Assembly: GCA_951406725.2 (NCBI GenBank)
Contig: OX597815.1
Coordinates: forward strand, 158,038,001 to 158,102,000
Direction of reading: 5' to 3'
Length of the DNA: 64,000 nt
Source of the DNA: Octopus vulgaris
Taxonomy: Eukaryota
The notes below the pieces were generated by a model that saw only the letters and a list, made by a program, of their open reading frames with translations, had not been told where the DNA came from and did no database searches. The position numbers and the translations under genes are program-made. Positions within the stretch are counted from its first letter, which is position 1; every line of letters starts with the position of its first letter. Below are positions 39,263-54,381 of the stretch, one piece after another.

Positions 39263-42200
39263 TGAGTTGCTGTGTAAATGCAAATACAAGTATGTATTAG
39301 TGTTGTGTATGTGTATAGAGGTATGCAAAGTGTGGAAGCATAGTGCACATGTAGAGTGTTTCGTGTGTGTGTATAATCATTAGGTGGGTGGCATAAAATC
39401 ATGTAAGGAAAAATATATTTGTGAAGCAAATGGGATGGCAAAAACAATATATAAGCTGTTATTGATGTATGTGCAAGTGTATAACAAGATTATGTAGTAG
39501 TGTGAAATATCTTTTAATGAGGAGGCAAGTGTTAAGCTAAAATTTGGAAAAGAGAGAAAAGGAAAGAGAATATATGAATACCACGGAGGGAAGAAAAGTA
39601 AAAAAATCCTCAAAAAACAAAAACTAGTAATGATTACACGCCACTGATAAAAGGTCTGGAGAGTTTGGTGAAGTGTCTATAAGATGATAAAAAACTGGTA
39701 AAATTTCAGGTTTAAAGCCAAATGTTTAAAGCATGTGGTGTTAAACAAAAAGAGTGAATATTTGAAAACTGAAAATAAGTTCATGTTCACATTGTTGAGG
39801 AGAGTTTAGGGAACTTCTGCATCGAGTGATACCGAACATGTAGAGATATTTGGTGGAGTGATTTGCAGAAGAGAAATAGCATGCAGTAAAAGAATCATTA
39901 TCAAGACAAATGTTTAGTCTATAGGGAATTACGAAAGGAGCATATTGCATAGTAAATTAATATAGCAGAAGTGCTGGTTATTTGGGTGACTCCAGTGAGG
40001 AGGTTGGTATTGGAAAGAAAAGGGAATGGGAGCATGTGGGTGGTATTGGAAAGAAAAGGGAATGGGCGCATGTATGTTTAATTTTTTGAATGCATGCATG
40101 TTTAAATTTTTGAAATTCTTAAAGCCAAAGCAGTGGTTTTGTATTATCCATTTTGTATCTAAGTATCTGTCCCTAAAAAATTTGAAAACTTAAAACAGTA
40201 CATTGCTTATCTTAAATTAATTTGAATGACTTTAAATCAATTTAACTTTCAATGTGATTTTAGGTACAGTTTGCAGAATTTTCCTTAAAATAGTACTATA
40301 GTATGGTATATAAAAAATTCACACTATGAAAAAAATCGCTTTTGAATAAGATGACATTTTGGTATTGATTGCACTCTTATAAAGCCAGATAAGTGTAAAT
40401 AAAAGACAAAAAATAATGAAAGGAATTTTGTCTATAAATGATCATGATAGATGTATATCATTATAGGGATCAATTGGTAAATTATTATTATTTCAGGATA
40501 TTTTATAATCTGTTGAAGGAAGAATAACAAAAGAAGTATTTTTGGAATCAGTAGCCATGTTGGTTTGAAAAGTGCATTTATGATGGTGAGATTTGTGGAA
40601 TGAACAAGAAATGTATTGTGGAGATAGCTGCAAATCAGGTAGCAAATGTGGAAACTGTCTACATAGCAGTACTGCATATAGAGCCATCTTGGTTGGGAAA
40701 TGTTGAATAGGAGGATTCTGCTAAGTTAGTAGAGATCTTAGTAAGGGAGCGGTTGGTCTGGCTGTAGTTTGAAAAGTGCGAGAACTTGCAGGTTATATGA
40801 TGCAAAAAAGTACATTTACTTTTTGGATAGAAGTCTCACAGGAGTTGCAGTGGTACATAAAATAGTCGTCCATGCACTGAAAGTGAGTGTGCCATTAGGA
40901 GCTATAAACCCCTTATAGCACACTCACTTAAGATGCTATAAGCCATGCTCTTTTCCAGCACTGTGGCTATGTGTGAATCACTCACAAGATTTGGAATTGT
41001 GGCTTTGGTTTTGAGGGATATAAATGGACATATCTAAGACAGAGATTTCAGTTTTCAGCTTAGCTATATCGGGTGGCATAGGAGTGAAGCATAGTAACTG
41101 CCAGAGATAGTCTGCTGAATTCAAGTGCCATGAAGTTCAGAAGATAAGAGTCCTGCAGCATGTTTATGTGAGATGAGTTAAAAGTTTACAACTAATGGCA
41201 AATTTTTAAACATTTTCTTTTCTTACTAATATGAATTTAATGGATTTGCAATTTTAATGTTTGACTAAGTGTTTAAAAATGGATACTTTCTTGATATAAA
41301 CCATTTAGCTAAGAATTGGAAGTGATATACATTCCTTATGGTATCTTTATTCATAATATATTTACATATATGTTACCACCTGTTTGTATGAATATTTATT
41401 TACAGAAACTGCCATAGTGGTTGTGGGCATATGAAAAAAGCAACTTTTCAAAAAAATCTTAGACATTTTACTTAACCAAGATGTTATTTTAAATTGTCTA
41501 TTTTATTTAATCATGAACCTACTACTATAAGAGTTATTCCTATTTTTATAGTGCTTTTCCTTTTTCTATCTGTGGAAACAAGGTTAAAAACTTTAAAAAT
41601 AGAATTATTATTAAAAATGAATTCTTTAATATATGCAGTTTGCTAAATAAAATATATCAACAAAGAAGAACAGAATACTAGAATAGATAATTCATAATAT
41701 CAGGGAATTGATAATTTATATCAATTCCACAAAATTTTCAAATCAAAATATGTCAAAATTGTTTCTGTCATTCTGCAAGAGAATAAGTACTCGAAATATG
41801 TTATTGGGGTAATTAAAACAGGAAAATTTCCATAAAAAGCTCTCTGTTTGAATTTAGTTGGTTACCATGAATATTAGTTTGCTCTTTTGCTGGATTACAT
41901 TCAGTTGTAAGAAGAGTTCTGATGAGTAGATAACTCAAATTAGAATGGTAAATATTGTATATCTGGAAATCTGGTAAGAGTTATTATATCTTCGACATTG
42001 ATTTAGGTAACAGTTCATTTTCTCTCAAATTGTTACTAAAAAAATAAGAAAAAATATCTCATATGCTGTTCATTCAATAATGAGTGCAGAAGGTATAGGT
42101 GAAATCTTGAGTGGATGATAGAAAACTGTCAATAGAACACTCTTGTCCAAAGGCTGTTATGACAGTTAAACCGAAGTAATAACAAAGTCTCTTAAATGGT

Positions 42201-44076
42201 AACTTAAAAAGTAAAGCTGCTAGCTCATCAAATTAGCTGAAAGATATTGAAAAGCAACTAGCATTTTTGTTTCTGAGATGTTTAAGTGTTAGTTGTTGTG
42301 TATATAGATTGGATTAACTATTAACATTCCTATAATTGTGGAAACTGTCAGAAAATTATTGAGAAGGAAACAACTATGGCTCACTCAAATAGGTGTTAAA
42401 ACTATTATGTATCAAAAATACAATAGTAAATGGGTTAACGTAATTTATTAGTTCCTTCATCCCTCCAGTATTTATAAAGACACTATCAGATCTCCAAACT
42501 AAACACAGATGATCTGTATCAATAAAAGGAGTTCTGTCATAATTGCACAGAGAACTGGACTCAACAAGCTAAAGCAAAGACAATTTGTTTAGGAGCAGGA
42601 ACCTTGATTAAAAACCTGTCAACTTTTATTCAGGGCTTCTATAGGATTCTTGAAAAGTAGTGTCACTATTTAATCCTGGTAGTATCTATAATTGGTCCTC
42701 CCTCCACATGACATAGATAACTATTGTTCTCAATGGTACTAGATTTCCACTGTGAGCCTCTAGTTTGAGAAATCTCTTCCTAACACTATGGAGAGTCATG
42801 TCAAGGAGAGTAGAAACTCAATATAAGAATTATGTAATATAGAGAAAACTCTTTAGCACTTTGATGAACAACCTCTCTAGTTCTAGCGGCATGGTACTGT
42901 GTCTATGCTATAAATTCAATGGTGATAGGAAATAATGAATGTATAGAGTAGAGAGGACTTGTTCATGACAGAGACAATGACTACAGTGTTGGAAAAAATA
43001 TGATAATGATGGTGATGATGATGATGGTGACGACTATGACATAGGTGTGTCTCATATATTATTTCTAGATTAATGACAAATGGAAAAATTAAAACAGGGA
43101 ATTGTTTTTGTACCACAAACTAGTTTCAGAAAAGGAACACATGTTGAAAACTTATATAACTGTTTGAAATGAAGAAAAATTCAACTGAACTTGCTTTCAT
43201 ATTTGACTACTTTTCAGAAAAAGGACAATGATTTTATGTTTACAGATATTAGTGATGAAAAAAAAAGTTGTCTTTCAGAAGAGAGAATTATAAAGGCAAT
43301 ATGAAGATGAGAGACAAATTCTATCCAAAGAAATTAGATAGTGCAGGTAATTAAGTTCTAAGATTGATTATTACTCAGATTTTCAATCAGACAGTACCTT
43401 CAAGTCATAGTGTTTCTGTATCTTTTCTATGTTTAACTTTGCAATGAACAAAAATAGCTTTAGTATGAAACTGGATGCATTTGATTTTGTTTATTTCATG
43501 CTGTATTGAAAGTTGTACACAATCATGGATTGTTTAATCAGGATTACTCTTATAAAGTGAAAATTTATATATTCATCATTACTTTCTATTCTTATTTATT
43601 TTCTTACAATTGCATAGTTGAAAATTCAAGCAATTTTATATCATGTATTTGAATCATTAGGGTTCTGGCCATGTTTCTATTATAAGATGCCACTTGTAAA
43701 ACCAAGTGCTGTATTTATTAAATTGTAATACACATATATTTGCAAATGTAAAACATGGCCTGTATTGATAGAATTATGAAAGAATTTACAATGTCTTCAC
43801 TATGTTTATTGTACTCATCAGAGCATAGAATCGTTCCACAACATTTCTAAATCTACTGAATAAACAAATGGTCAGATAAATTCTATACTATCGATATAAT
43901 TTCAGTATTCAATTTCTCAGGCTCAAGAAAAGTGCAATTCCCACTAAAATGCTATCAATTACAAAACTCATATTCTCACAGTGGGAATTTTTTTCTTATG
44001 AGAAAACACAGAATTGCAAATCATACTATTGTTTACCTCAAAATTACAATAGCATATCCCAAAGAAAAGCACTCAC

Positions 44077-44148
44077 AGGTGGTCCAGCTTCTCCAGGCTT
44101 TCCATCCAAACCATCTATACCATGGATGCCTGGGGGACCAGGCTGACC
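44077..44148 (-). CDS. Collagen exon, 72 nt: GQPGPPGIHGIDGLDGKPGEAGPP
   Basis: Acceptor ttgtcttctacag, donor GTGAGT, 8 triplets. Confidence 0.96.
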
Positions 44149-44489
44149 CTGTAGAAGACAATGTAAAAAAATGTTAATGTGATTTAATAATATAGATTAA
44201 TGATTTATACATGCACGCACACACATGCACACACACGCACACACACGCACACACACACACACACATACAGACATGCATGCACACACACACACACATGCAT
44301 GCACACACACACAAACAAATGGATGGAAAAGTATCAACAGCATGTACTAAAGTTTACTTAATTATTCAGAAGTGATGATTCACTTCTGTCACTACTCTGA
44401 GTTTCTCTACATATGTGAGGATATTTTCGATGACAAAAAATCCTCCACAAATTAAATTCTCAACTTTGAAAGAAAATATCCTCATCACC

Positions 44490-45780
44490 TTCGTCATCAT
44501 CATCAACAACAACATTTTAACATTTGTCTTCCATGCTGGTATGGGTTGGATGGTTTGACAGGATCCAATGAGTTAGAGGATTGCATTGAGCTCCAATGTT
44601 TGCTTTGCCATGATTTCTATAGTTGGATGCTCTTCCTAATACTAACCACTTCATAGAGTGTAGTGGATGCTTTTTCATGACTTCAACACAAGTGAGGTTG
44701 CCAAGTAACTCACAAGATATAAAGGAAAAGAGCCCCAACTAGGTGAGGTTGTAGTAGAAAGGGAGGTGGTTTTAAGCCAGCTTTTGAAAAGCTCAGGTAT
44801 GATAGAGATATGAGCACAGGTATCTTGTTATAGAGAAGATACATGGCTACCTTGCATTTTAAAAAGGTGGGTAGGAATAGTTGGAAAGAAGACAAAGACA
44901 ATGGTAAAAATGTGTCAAATTCTATCTTCAAGGTACAAGAAGAGGAGTATAAGCGAGAAAACAGAGGATGGCAAAGTGTGAGTGAATGAGTTCATAAAAG
45001 TGAAAGGAGAATGACAGATGGTTAGATATGGGGATGAATGTTGTGAATAATGAACAAGTCTGGCAGTGTGGTTGATGGTAAATATCAGCAGGAGGTGGAG
45101 GTGAAAATAATAAGGATTCAGGAAGGAGGAGGTGATGAGAGGCAGTACAAAGGCAGAGAGCAGCAGTATAAGAAACCTGTAGATAGATCAGAAAATAGGG
45201 AGTTAGTGTGAATGTGTGTGTATGAGAGCGAGAGAGAGAGAGGGGGGTTAATGTAATGTTTGTCCATCATTGTCGATGATGACTGGGACATCACACAGGA
45301 GAAAAAGGTGGGTCACAGTGTGTCCTACAGTGGCTGATCAGGAGAGAGAGATCTACTGATATAGAGGGATGTGAGAAGCATATGGGGTGGGCTATAGTGA
45401 ATATAGGGAAACAGTGGGTTGTGTGCATCAACAGCAGGTATGAGGTGTTGAGAATGATAGGAGATATGAGGGGTGTTAAGGTATGGCAGTCCAACACTGT
45501 ATCTCAGAAGGGAAGCTGAAGTAACTGGCAGCACAGAAAGAGTGATCAGTAGAAAATAAAGTGGTTCTAGTGAGATGGGAGGTAATTGATAGTACACAGG
45601 AAGATGAAATATGTGCAGATTTTGCTCTCCTATAATTACTGAACAGTGCTGTAGTTAGAAGAGTGATGGAGGGATAGGTGTTAAGAAATGAGAGACTTGA
45701 TGGGGACCGATTGGATGCAGGGGTAAGGCTCATAGAGTGCACAGACATAAACATAATGCTTTTAGAACCTTATTTTCACT
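44490..45780 (-). mobile_element. Retroposon of the same family as 22560-23987, opposite orientation
   Basis: Tail at 44490-44690 (ORF 44517-44738 resembles ORF 23773-23970) followed by a purine-rich body. Confidence 0.55.
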
Positions 45781-47888
45781 ATGACAGATGGGTTTACTCA
45801 AGCACAATGAATAGCTAATCATCTTAGTCCTTAGTCATCAACTGGATGCATAGTAAAAGTAATGAAGGACAATAGATTGCTGCAATGCTGCATGACACAA
45901 TGGCATGGAAAACAGATGTTATGATGTTGATGATGATGATAGTGGCAATAGAAATGGTACATAAATATGAATATAAAAAAATAAATGGCTCAAATCAGTG
46001 CAAGAAAAATTAAGTTATAAAATTTATGACGTCCTTTGTCCTATTACATTATGACTTTGTAGAGTTATGTGCACTAAAATTATTTTAGGCCATTCGTTTT
46101 TTATTATTGTAAAACATGAAAGGTAAATATTATGAAGAATAATTACTTGTTGTGTTTGATGTTTTACAAATTAATATGGAGGTATATTATTAAAATTCAA
46201 AATAAGGAATGTAAAATATTTTTCTAAGGAACAAGAAGATAAAAATCAGTTACCATATTGATGGCATATATTACCCACTTTTTCTCAGTCTAAAATTTCT
46301 CAAACTTTGGATCTTATATGCAATGCTGAAATATCTGACAAACTAATGTTTACCTAGATGCCATAGACTATAGGTACATCTACTAATCTGAACTTGATAA
46401 TATTGTAATATTATCTAGTCATCATCATCATCATTATTGTTTTAGGTACTTTAATAAAAAAAAAAACAGAAAAAGAATTATTATGAAAACTGAAGGTGGA
46501 TATCCTGAGATGAATATTTTGGCTCAATATCCAAATATTAAAAGTAAACAGTATCTATTTTTGCTCTTGTATAATATGTGTTATGTCTATTTGTTTTCTA
46601 TCTTTCAATAAGGAGGGAAGACTGCCCATAGTCTACATAACACTGATGCTGCTGGATGAAAGGTATGTTCAAACTGGAGACTTAGTCTGAATGAATGTAA
46701 CTGAGTAAACTCTGTAAAAGTACTAAAGGTTGCCCAGCTTGACATCAGCTAGAACATGAGAAGTTTAAAAAATCAGGTGATAATTGAGTATACAGAGAAA
46801 TGTGTTTCTACCAAAATGGTATCTAATGAGGCTAGGAGATTAGAACAAGAAACTCAGGGCATTGCAGAAATAGAATACTGGTGTTAAAGGTTTATGAAAA
46901 GCAGAGTTTATGAATAAATATGAAAACAGCCATTGCATAGAAAATGCTTTCTCTGGTGTAAAATATAGAATTTTCCACTGTAAATGACTTTTCTCCATGC
47001 CTGGTTTCCTGATATACTCATATTTTCATCTCTGTTTGTATCTTGTTACAGATAGAGATGTAAAATATTTTCTGTTACTTTTTGTTTTGTATATTTTCAT
47101 CAGTATTATTATTGACAAGATTTTTCCTGAAATCCTTGTTGCATATTTTGTCTGAGTTTTTTTTCCTACCATACTGCAGTTACATATTTAAGTAAATATT
47201 AACTGCTTAAAAATACTAACAATTCATTTAATATTCCCTACAAATATAGAAAATATTAGTAGGGAATATATGCCATCATATACAATAAGTAAAAAGTTAA
47301 ATAAATCCTAAAAACTGTTTCACATTGTTATTTAGTGATGAATTACAAATAAATTCATAAATGTTATTATTGAATATAAATAATTTTAAATATCATTTAA
47401 ATATAAATCATTATATATTCATTAAATGACAATAGAAAAAAACTAAGAAAAATGTAATAACAAAGTAAGTTTGTATAATTAGTTAATTTTCTCATACATT
47501 ATGAATTATATTTCTAAAGCCTCTAAAATATATGGAGTCATCTCTTCAAAAATTGTATCACATCAAACTAAGGAAGTTCTAAATTTATAAAATAACAATT
47601 CTTGAAGAGGTTTGAGTGTTATCATTTTTCCCAAATAGCCTAAGGGCATTCATTAATTTATAAAATTATAACCACTCACAATGTAAAAATATATTTATTA
47701 AGAGAAGTGTAAAGAAATTAGTATATTTATAAAATCTTTTTCAATTAATTTTACTTTTGCTTATTGCTATATTAAAAAATAATATTCCCCTGATTATGAA
47801 CAACTATTTTAAGATAAAAAAATGATGAACTGTGTAAAAAAATTACTTTAAAAGTTTCAATTTAAAAAAATAAAAATCATATTCATAC

Positions 47889-47996
47889 CTGAGGTCCAGG
47901 AAGTCCCAATGAACCCTTTGCACCAGTTTTCCCAATAGCACCAGTTATACCCATTTCACCTGGTGGCCCAAGGTAACCTTTTTCTCCTCGACGCCC
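47889..47996 (-). CDS. Collagen exon, 108 nt: GRRGEKGYLGPPGEMGITGAIGKTGAKGSLGLPGPQ
   Basis: Acceptor ctaaatgtacag, donor CAG|GTATGA, 12 triplets. Confidence 0.96.
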
Positions 47997-49399
47997 CTGT
48001 ACATTTAGTTGATTGCATAAAAAATTCCAAGATCATTTCATCAAAAATGTAGAATGAATACATAATGTATAATAAAATAAAACCTTGAAATTATATTTAG
48101 AAGCTGTCTTGTTATCTTATATAATACTGACATCATTAAAGAAATATTTTTTAGAAACCTACAAAACAACATGGAGTGCTTGAAAAATGATGTATATAAT
48201 GAAAAATAACTTATAATTAGGAAAAAAATATTCTAAAGTAATTTAGCAACTTATTGTATAAGAAATTAAATAAATTTAAAATAAAAAAGACAAATTATTT
48301 CTAATAGGCAACTTTTATATTCTAATTACAAATGTATAATAAAGATTTCTAAGATTAATAGTATTTAATTTATTTTGAAGCTAATTTTCTTTAAAAAAAA
48401 CTTTTCTCATGCTAAAGAACTGCTATTTTGTCCTGATTTTACAATAATTAATGTCATAACTGATAGTCTTATAATGGTTTTTACATGTAAATAAATTGCA
48501 AAAGTTAATTCAGATTTCAATAGTTTAAAGTAAAGGAGTAAATAAGTTAATTTTATAGGCCATTAAACAAGTGAATAGCTGTGTCACATATGCGTAAGTG
48601 ATACATAAGATTTTTATTGAATACAATATGTAGATATGAATAAAGATTGAGAAGACAAATCTTATGTTAATATATAAAGTTGTTTCAAAGATAAATGTTT
48701 TATTTTAATGGCCATATCAAGGAAAGTAGTTTAATGGGCAGATTTTATAGTCATTTAGAAAAAAAAAAAGAAGGCTGCTGGATAATATAAATCAATATAT
48801 AATCAGCATCACAAGGTTCAGAATATTAGCCTGTCAAATAGTTATCTACTAGGTAAATGTACTAACAACCAGATCAGCTTTGCCCTATACAAGAATAGAA
48901 ACAAATAGTTGAAAAAGTTTAATGCAAGAGAGAAATATATTTTAAAATCAACTTCAGATGAAAAGAGTTGAAAGTAGAGGAAAAAATATTAACTTTAACA
49001 AAAATATAATGGAAGCTGAAACAAGAACCTGCTTCTTAATGCACAAGCAAATGCTCATAAAGGCTTAGAGTTATAGGTAAGTCAGATAATATATAAAACA
49101 GAGGAACAGTCTTAAGAAAAGCATATAGCATCAATGTGAAAAAGCATAACAAGATGAAAAACTAGAATGTTTGTTACTAGTACTGAAACAGAAAGTGATG
49201 CTGGAGTACTTGCTCCTAGTAACAATGAATTGTTAATCTAGTTAGTGTCACTCATTTGGTCAGTAAGTTTTTTCAGAAAATTATTCTCAATGGCTGGGAT
49301 AAGAGTATTGTTAACTATTACAAAGCTAAAGACAAAGTACAAGAAACAGAAAATTACTAAGTTTAAATAATCAAATTATGAATTTTGTACATGATAGCA

Positions 49400-49840
49400 C
49401 TCAACCAAATAGGATGCAGGTTTTGTCTGTATGAGGAATCAACAAGACTAACAGTTTATGGTAGAGAACAAAAACTCCATTTTGTATTTGCTGACTTTGA
49501 AGAGCGTATATTTTCATAGTCTAGTCAGTAAAAGTAAGCCTGACTGCATGGCTTATGAAGGATGTTCAAGCCAAGTATAACAAAGGTGAAAAATAATGTC
49601 AAGATAGGCATAGAGCTAAATGAGAAATTTAATGTATAAGTAGTTACTTGTCAAGGTTTTGTTTACAGATCCTTTTCATTATTTTATTTTTGAGGCCATC
49701 ATAAAAAAGGCTGTATTTGCTGGAGTTTTTGCATATCTACAATGCAGTCATGATGGCAACATTAATCCAAGAACTATAAAAGTGCTCTAAATGTCAAAGA
49801 ACGAATTTGAGTTAAAAGACCTTATGGTAAACAGCAAAGA
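49400..49840 (+). mobile_element. Highly decayed RTE reverse-transcriptase remnant
   Basis: KLHFVFADFEE (LYLAFVDLEK-like), FNV*VVTCQGFV (FSVQVGVHQGSV-like) and ELKDLMVN (ESKGLRVN-like) in the expected order. Confidence 0.5.
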
Positions 49841-52800
49841 TTACCATAAGGTAATCTTTGCTAGATAGGCCCTAGAGAAAAAACAGAAGATAAGAACTTA
49901 ATATTACATAACTAGAGCAAAAGCAGAAGATAAGAAATTAGTATTGCATAATTGGTGCAAACAACATACAAGGTCTATTGAGATTCTTAATTGATGGAAA
50001 TCAGGTCATTTGAAGTACTAGACACAGAGGATTTTACAGATGTCTAAATTGAAACATTATTTATGCTAGAAATAGTACTTAGCTTAGAGGACAAGTTTCA
50101 TGAGTATCACTATTGGTGACAATGAAATCCTTTTGACAAAAGTAAACTAAAATGAGACACTGTCAGTGGGCAAACTTAGGCGATAGAATAAGAGAAATGA
50201 CGAAGTGGAAATGAATTTATCGAGTATATTCCATTAAATAATAACAGTTATGCGAAAGGGACCAATCAAGTTGACACAGAAACTTGCATTAAAAGCACTA
50301 CTTAATGTTTGTAAGAGTAAACCCTACAAATATATTGTCATATAATGTTGCTTGACATATGCTGTAAATTGATAGCTTATAGATTTAGAAAAAAACTCAC
50401 TGAAGTGAAACCCAGTAATCAGATTAGATCTAATGGTATTAATCTTAACAGATTAGATGATGCAGAGCTCAGGTGTACATAAACATACCCTAAAGTGGAC
50501 CTGTCTACGAAGAGCAAATACTAAAACAATAGCAAGGAATCGGATTTATGATGCTGCTGTTGGTAGTGGCTGTGTGTACGTACATACACACACACAAAAA
50601 TTTTCACCTTTTAAAAACAAATTAGATACCTTAAATAATATATTTAAAAGTGAAAGAAAAGAAAATGTATTCATTAGCATTTTCATTTTTTTTTGTATAT
50701 GATTCCATCCTATACCAAATGAAATGAAGAGTATTATATAAGTATTTTAATTGTACTAGAAAAATTTTTTTGCAAATTGAGTTTTTGAAAGCAAAAATAT
50801 TTGAGAATCAAGAACAGATCAGAGAAAAGGGTAATGTCAAATCTATTTAGGTTGAGAATATTACAGAAAAAATAAACAGCGAGCATCAATAATTGTTAAA
50901 ATCTATGCTTACAAAGAGACAAGAATGATGTTAGCAAGCAGAGAAATGCTTAAGGAAGACTGAAAACTCATTTGCTGAAGTAAAGATGTTATGTGAGACA
51001 ATGAAAGCCAATATTGAGAAATATTTAGAAAAAAAAAAACTTTGTAAAACTAGAAATAATGGTTTTAGCTACCTTAAATGTGTTTTTTCTTGAGCAGTTT
51101 TGAAAGATGTGTATCCCCATGTTTAGAATTAAGCTCAAACACATTATTTGTAGTGAATATTTTGTTAGTTTTTACTTACAAGTGGGTAATTTTAAATTAG
51201 AAATAATAAAAAAAACCTGAAGCTGCAAATAAATTTTACTTTCATAGTTCTTTTAAGTTCAAGTTCAAATAAATTGAAGCAAAAAAGGTTTCTGTGGAAT
51301 TAAGAACTGAACTTTGTTATTGTATTAGAAATATAAATTATCAATAAATCTTATTTTAATTCAAATTGACTATTTGTTCTAGTTAACTGTATTTAATGAA
51401 AAATAAAACAGATTTAGGGGAGTGCAATTCTGGAAGCAATTCTAAGAATATTCAACTGGTAGTATTTAGCATATGAACATCCTTACTAATTTATCTCAGA
51501 ATAGCAAGGTAGAATTAGCTATTAGAAGACAGGTAACTTGAAGGTGTTGAACATGCAAGGCAGTATATTGCATCAGACTGAAATATCCCTGACAATGATA
51601 TAGGTTCTTTTGAGTACAAAATAGTCCAGGAATTAAAGGTGTGATGTACATTAGCAGAAAAAAGAACAGATAATGAAAATATATTAAGTTGGTGAAAAAA
51701 GAATGAAACAGAAACTCGGGTTTATGACACACTAGTGTGGGTAATTTGAATGATAGCTGATAATATTTTTTAAAAAGTGATCAGGGTTGAGAACATGGAG
51801 CTTGCAGATACAACATGAGGAAAGAATAGGACATAAGATAGAGTTCTGTAAAGTAAATGAATTTAACATTTGTATGGATGGCTATGTATTTATGAGTATC
51901 ACTTTTGACAAGAAAATGAGACAGATATGCATGTGATTGAGGAAAGAGATTTTAAAGACTCATTATAAGTGACTGCTCAAGAAGCTTCAATGAGATAAAG
52001 AAAGACCACCACTAATGAGAACCAAGAAAATGAAGATCTCCAGAAGATCACAAGTAGTGTTTTAAGAAAAACAATGATGTACAACAGTCAAGGAGACACT
52101 TGAACCAACATATTTGCTTAATTAAAAGGATCAGTGAGAATTTGTTATTTTAATAATTAGTGAAGCAATATTATTTTTAATAAATGAGCCATAAAAAGTG
52201 AATAGGCTCAAGGAAGGAGGTAACAGAAGCCAAACCTTGTACAATGCACACTGTGTAAAAAAGTGTAACAATGTATAACAGCAAAGCATGGAGGAATAGA
52301 TGTAGAAGATATGATGTGATAAACTAAGTAACCATGTTGGGACAAAGTTAAATAACTTGCAAAGAAAGGCTGATGGCAAAATCAATTAAGAGATTGATTG
52401 TTAACAGAAGCATTAGCAGAATTATGCTGGTATAGGCATGCATTATGAAGTGATGATACATTCTGTAATCAAACTGAATATGTAAGGTATCACTAGAAGT
52501 AAACTAAGAAAGACTAAACCTGATAACATTTAGTATTGTATGTAGCATATTTTGCATGCAATGGACTATTGATGGAAAGAGAAAGAGGAAAATAAGCCAA
52601 TTGTATCATAAGCATACTAGAAATACAATATAATTTCTAGATTATTCTACTCTTCAAATATTTTTAGTTATAATGATACTCAACTACATTTTTATTATAA
52701 ATATTTTGAATGGTTTTGAAGATTGAAAAAATAAATTGAAATTTTTAATAATATTCCAGTATGATACTTTTTATCTTTTATTTGCCAAAATTAATCAAAT

Positions 52801-53537
52801 ATATTTTGAATTGTACAGATAATGTAAATTAAAATTCTAAAATGGTGACAGTTAATAGTAATCATAGTAATCAATATATTATAATATTCTATATATGATA
52901 GCAAGAATATTTTTAACTGTTTAAGAAGGTGGACTGCTGACAGTAAAGTTAAAATTTAGACTTTAAAATAGTTTGCCCATAATCAAAATACATAATTATG
53001 TTTGCCTTCAACTACCTAACTGAAAATATTTGTACGTTAATTTTTTTAAGTGGACAGCAATGAACTGTCCATCTAACTGTAAAACTTATAGCAATTTAAA
53101 TAGATTTATTAAATTTTCCAAATCAACACACCTATATATAGGGAATAGATTGTTCTACAACTCTTGCATGATCTCTATTTTGTCTGCTATCATAATTAAT
53201 AAATATTTATAAGAATATTCTAATTTTCCTTCTTATGATGGTAGTGGACATTTTAATAATGCCATTGAGAGAAGCAAAAAAGTTACATAATCTTATTTTA
53301 CACACCTTTAAATTTACAGCTTTATACAAAATTACCTTGCTTTTCGGAATTTTTAGACAGATTAGATGATTTTGCAAAATTTGATATGTTAATGAATCAT
53401 AGAAACAGAATTTTACTGTTGGATATTCTACCTGCAACTAACTTGAATGTTATAAAAATACTGATGTTACTATATATATATATATATATATTATATATAT
53501 TAGTTATATATATATATATTAGTTTTTTAATTAACTA

Positions 53538-53571
<34 letters not shown>

Positions 53572-53949
53572 TATATGTATTAGTTAATTAAAAAACTGAG
53601 AATTTTACTTTCATTTTTCAAACTATTATAAAAGAAGGAATTCTCCATTAAGTGTTAATTATTATTTTATTATTTTCTAAGAAGGAAGATTATGCACTCA
53701 TAATATATTTATATATTAATGATAATATACACAAAAAAAATGAAAATGGTGCTGAAAAGTTTATGGTGATATTATAAGAGTAGATATTAAAATAAAGTAA
53801 TTGTTAGTATATTTTCATTATTTCATTATGTTAAATCATTTTTTCATCCAAGGAAATAAAATTTAAACAAAGTACAATGAGTGTTAATATGCATGTAGGC
53901 ATGCATATTATGTGTGTGTATGTATATATACATATATGTGTGTGTATGT

Positions 53950-54011
<62 letters not shown>

Positions 54012-54381
54012 ATAAATATATTTATGTGTGTGTATGTCTATATATATATATATAAATACATATATGTGAATGTATATATACATGTATGTGTGTGTATATA
54101 TATATGTGTGTGTGTATATATATAAATATATGCATGTGTGTATGTGTGCATGTGCCTGCACATGTAATTTATATGATTACTTGTATGAAACAGCTATTTG
54201 GATATCAATTTGCATGTCATAGGAATTATTTAGGGGAAAGAAATCACATGTCACTAGAACAAATTGGGTACTATTATACCAGGCAACAATGAAAACAACA
54301 TCAGTTAGAACATGCCAAAGTGATTCCTATGAGAGAAAATATATTGAACTAATATACATGCATCATCAATAACTTAATTAC

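Larger units (their letters stand above)
37495..40075 (-). mobile_element. Decayed Penelope-like retroelement 3' portion, interrupted by the RTE at 38247-39262
   Basis: ORF 39741-39950 (ACYFSSANHS...FGITRC...EHELIFSF, then TPHALN in another frame) resembles the Penelope GIY-YIG C-terminus (HF...HS...EQ.LIF.L....P.GLN); hammerhead motif downstream on the same strand. Confidence 0.55.

Noticed and set aside
53336-53431. 96-nt open phase-0 segment bounded by gcag and gtaatt (VEYPTVKFCFYDSLTYQILQNHLICLKIPKSK)
   Set aside because: Poor pyrimidine tract and intron-like composition; plausible by chance, though cheap to test with RNA-seq
16451-54292. Numerous YIYIYI, LSLSLS and HTHT ORFs in the track
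   Set aside because: Translations of (TA)n, (GA)n and (CA)n microsatellites
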